The notes below the pieces were generated by a model, which ran no database searches, was not told the origin of the DNA, and saw only the letters and a program-made list of their open reading frames with translations. Shown here piece after piece: positions 61,841-64,000 of a stretch of DNA of 64,000 bases. Both the position numbers and the translations under genes were made by a program. The DNA is from a virus. The stretch lies in the IMG/VR virus record IMGVR_UViG_3300045988_074170; one strand, given 5' to 3'. Numbering within the stretch: the first letter of the stretch is position 1; every line of letters begins with the position of its first letter.

Positions 61841-61857
61841 ACCGCTAAATTTGCGGT
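61841..61857 (+). terminator. Small hairpin plus U-rich run; overlaps a TAAATTTG promoter box (61846-61853)
   Basis: Hairpin accgc-taaattt-gcggt followed by gaaattttattt. Its loop contains TAAATTTG, 40 nt upstream of the ATG at 61893. Confidence 0.35.
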
Positions 61858-61892
61858 GAAATTTTATTTAGTTATAACTAATTTTAAGAATT

Positions 61893-62423
61893 ATGAAGAA
61901 AGATTTTATTACAGTAACTCCCGATAACGGAACAGGGGATAGAACAATAACTGTACAGGCTGATTCTAATGAACTATTAGAATCACGTTCGGCTTCCCTT
62001 ACAATAGGTGCGAGTGGAATTTCTAAAACTATCAGTGTGAATCAACATGGTTCTGTGGAGATATTCGCTTATATTCTTGACGCAAATGGTGATTATTTGT
62101 CAGACAAAGTAATTGTCAACGGAGCTAATATGAGCAATCAGGAACCAGCATATGTCGATAAAAATAAAGAACTGAATTTTGAAATAGAACCAATGGGGTT
62201 GAATCAACGCCTTGCAATCAATTTTATACCCGACCAGAAGTGGCTGTCCGCACAGAGTAGTTCTTCTGATTGGGGAGTGCTTCTAAAAACTCAACATGAT
62301 ATAACTGAAAGTATAATAATCAAGTCTATCGTGTCAGCCCCCAAGAATACGGTTGTTAATGTCGTCGTAAATAATATGGGAAGCATTACCCTAAATGTGA
62401 CACAAAGCTTGAAAAAGAATTAG
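61893..62423 (+). CDS. Protein with N-terminal half-BACON-like motif
   Basis: N-terminus MKKDFITVTPDNGTGDRTITVQADSNELLESRSASLTIGASGISKTISVNQHG. Confidence 0.55.
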   Translation: MKKDFITVTPDNGTGDRTITVQADSNELLESRSASLTIGASGISKTISVNQHGSVEIFAYILDANGDYLSDKVIVNGANMSNQEPAYVDKNKELNFEIEPMGLNQRLAINFIPDQKWLSAQSSSSDWGVLLKTQHDITESIIIKSIVSAPKNTVVNVVVNNMGSITLNVTQSLKKN

Positions 62424-62433
62424 CTTCGTTTTG

Positions 62434-62504
62434 GTACTGATATACATATCTACACTGGAAAGACTGGTTCGGGGATTTTCCAGTGTAGATATGTATATCA
62501 GTAC
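62434..62504. repeat. 28-bp perfect inverted repeat (15-nt spacer) between convergent genes
   Basis: Left arm gtactgatatacatatctacactggaaa (62434-62461) pairs with right arm tttccagtgtagatatgtatatcagtac (62477-62504). No U-tract on either strand. Confidence 0.85.
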
Positions 62505-62537
62505 TAAATCAAAATATGAAAACACGACAAATAGAAT

Positions 62538-62813
62538 TCATTTCCCTCTGATGATAGTAGTATAACGGTCATAGATGGCACCCCAGTTCTTTTCGACAAG
62601 TTTGCATTTCTGTGCGAAAGACTTATCGTTGAAAGTGTTGATGTTTTGAAAGACTCCGGCTTTCAGTTCCGGATGCCACATCTTTAGGAAGATACCCTGT
62701 TCACTGATGAAGCCTATTTCCTCACCCTTGTAAACTAACTGTGCATATTCTGACGTGGGCATTCCGGCTCCACCCTTTACCGTTACTCGATTTATTTCAA
62801 TAGGTGCTATCAT
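62538..62813 (-). CDS. Hypothetical small protein
   Basis: 91-aa ORF with a 4-nt overlap with the upstream gene. Confidence 0.5.
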   Translation of the reverse strand: MIAPIEINRVTVKGGAGMPTSEYAQLVYKGEEIGFISEQGIFLKMWHPELKAGVFQNINTFNDKSFAQKCKLVEKNWGAIYDRYTTIIRGK

Positions 62814-63100
62814 GATTCCTTTTCTTTAAGTTGTGATTTGATTCGAAGATTGTAGTTATCCCATATCCATTGAGCGTGTTCCTTGACCCAGTTTACTGCA
62901 TACCTGTGGTCTTGGGGTTCTTTTAGTCTCAAATAAACAGGTTTGGGGTCGCATATCAGTATTATACGAGTGTTCCCCTCAACCGAGCCTATACGCTCGA
63001 CCTGATAGTAAATTGACGAGGTTTGAACGTCACCACCCGCACGTGCCAACTTTGACGGCTTCGGGTTCTTCTTTGATGTGAATTTTATCTTCTTTGCCAT
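62810..63100 (-). CDS. Hypothetical small basic protein
   Basis: 96-aa ORF. Confidence 0.5.
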   Translation of the reverse strand: MAKKIKFTSKKNPKPSKLARAGGDVQTSSIYYQVERIGSVEGNTRIILICDPKPVYLRLKEPQDHRYAVNWVKEHAQWIWDNYNLRIKSQLKEKES

Positions 63101-63112
63101 AGTCCTAACTTA

Positions 63113-63415
63113 TTAATCGATGTACGATAAATATCTTTTGCAATCAGATTTAAGAACTTTCTTATTCAAACAGTATGTTCCATTGTAACGGTTCAACGGG
63201 AGTAGCCCACCAGATGCTATCTTGAAGTCGAGGTCAGATAGAGGCTCGTTGAATGTTCCGTTGACAACGCAGTAAAGTTCAGGGTTACAACAGTCATCAG
63301 ATGTAGCATTACGAACTTGGTATCTTTTATTACAGATAAACATAACATTTGATTCGTCATTGCATACTGTTAAGTAGTATTCTTTTCCGTCTAATTTTGA
63401 AATAACCTTTTTCAT
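63113..63415 (-). CDS. Hypothetical small Cys-rich protein
   Basis: 100-aa ORF with a promoter box upstream. Confidence 0.5.
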   Translation of the reverse strand: MKKVISKLDGKEYYLTVCNDESNVMFICNKRYQVRNATSDDCCNPELYCVVNGTFNEPLSDLDFKIASGGLLPLNRYNGTYCLNKKVLKSDCKRYLSYID

Positions 63416-63443
63416 ATTTCTTGGTGTTTTAAGTTTGACAGTA

Positions 63444-63451
63444 CAAAGATA
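63444..63451 (-). promoter_or_regulatory. -7 promoter box (TATCTTTG)
   Basis: Plus-strand caaagata, 29 nt upstream of the ATG at 63415. Confidence 0.4.
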
Positions 63452-63470
63452 ATGGGAAGAAATGAGATTA

Positions 63471-63501
63471 CAAAGAAAATCCCGGAATTTCTTCCGGGAT
63501 T
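63471..63501 (-). terminator. Intrinsic terminator after the frameshifted gene
   Basis: 10-bp perfect stem aatcccggaa/ttccgggatt with loop tttc. On the minus strand it is followed by UUUUCUUUG. Confidence 0.65.
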
Positions 63502-63521
63502 CTCAAAGATTTAACAGAATA

Positions 63522-64000
63522 TCATTCTATTTTGAACATTCTAACAGCCAATGTTCCGTTGAAGTATAGTTCAATTTTCATAGTTGATGGTTCATTTGAA
63601 AGTTGGTTTTTCCACTCTTTAAGGAGGTTAGGAATCCAAACAAGACCATCCTTTGAAAAGGTATCATCTCCTAAGGTTTCTCCAATACCAAAATTATCAA
63701 AATACTTTGCCGTGACGCTTGTAATTACGGAGAATGGATTGAATACCTTTAATTCGAAATGAGTGTCCTGCCATTGAAGAGGGATAACAAATATCCCGTT
63801 CTCAACTTTGTAGCCAGAATTGGCGGAGCCTTCAAAATTATACAGGTTGGATAAGATGTGGTAAACGAAAGCAGGGTCTTGGATAGCAGTTACGGCTCTA
63901 CTCAGACCCCCCCCCCTGTGGCGGAGAAATTGATGGTTGTAGAACGTTCTTTTGCAAGAAGATTAGGGTCAGCAACGGCACTTACTGAAGCCGTGCCCCC
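63522..64000 (-). pseudogene. BACON-like-domain gene interrupted by a frameshift at a C10/G10 tract (phase-variable, recoded, or sequencing error); 5' end outside window
   Basis: The upstream frame is open from the window edge (..TASVSAVADPNLLAKERSTTINFSATGGGV) and stops at 63902-63904. A 147-codon frame with no ATG, GTG or TTG start before its last ~20 codons runs 63962-63522. One extra G (G11) fuses the two frames. Confidence 0.6.
63907..63916. repeat. Homopolymer C10 (G10 on coding strand)
   Basis: Counted directly: cag a cccccccccc tgtgg. Confidence 0.95.

Noticed and set aside
1-64000. Lysogeny module, diversity-generating retroelement or defence/anti-defence islands with known signatures
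   Set aside because: No integrase, recombinase, repressor-like helix-turn-helix pair, reverse transcriptase, template/variable repeat pair or recognisable toxin-antitoxin motifs were found in the translated ORFs. Absence within this window says nothing about the rest of the genome.

Overview
The window is a 64-kb segment of a tailed dsDNA phage with a contractile tail (sheath, tube, tape measure and baseplate J are present). The host is very probably in Bacteroidota. Two things support this: TAnnTTTG -7 promoter boxes sit in about 10 intergenic gaps, and several proteins carry BACON-type Ig-like domains.

Layout:
- 1-24,045 (minus strand): recombination, replication and nucleotide metabolism. 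Genes are a Rad50 fragment, RecA, SbcD, an SSB-like protein, DnaE, nucleotide-metabolism genes, primase, DnaB-like helicase, TerL and a DnaQ-like exonuclease.
- 24,084-58,508 (minus strand): virion module. Read in transcription order it runs portal, MuF-like, Nudix protein, protease, scaffold, major capsid, connectors, BACON proteins, sheath, tube, tape measure, baseplate, fibers.
- 58,509-59,352: an 844-bp ORF-free control region holding an iteron array.
- 59,353-62,423 (plus strand): an accessory block that opens with a Rep_3-type initiator.
- 62,538-64,000 (minus strand): small genes and a frameshift-interrupted gene.

No integrase, reverse transcriptase, CRISPR array, tRNA or rRNA was found.

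Main points of interest:
1. A candidate thymidine-hypermodification and nucleotide-pool island: ThyA-fold enzyme, aGPT-Pplase-like protein, two P-loop kinases, HD hydrolase and dUTPase.
2. A heavy load of selfish elements: an 870-nt group I intron with an HNH ORF splitting dUTPase motif III, a mini-intein in the TerL P-loop, and four free-standing GIY-YIG endonucleases.
3. A plasmid-like iteron origin next to a Rep_3 gene, although the phage carries its own DnaE, helicase and primase.
4. Adjacent virion genes that end and begin in the middle of a BACON-like domain.
5. A C10 tract that breaks a reading frame at the right edge of the window.
6. An ORF-less promoter-terminator unit and a GC-rich structured island in the control region.

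All functional calls come from motif recognition by eye. No database search was run.
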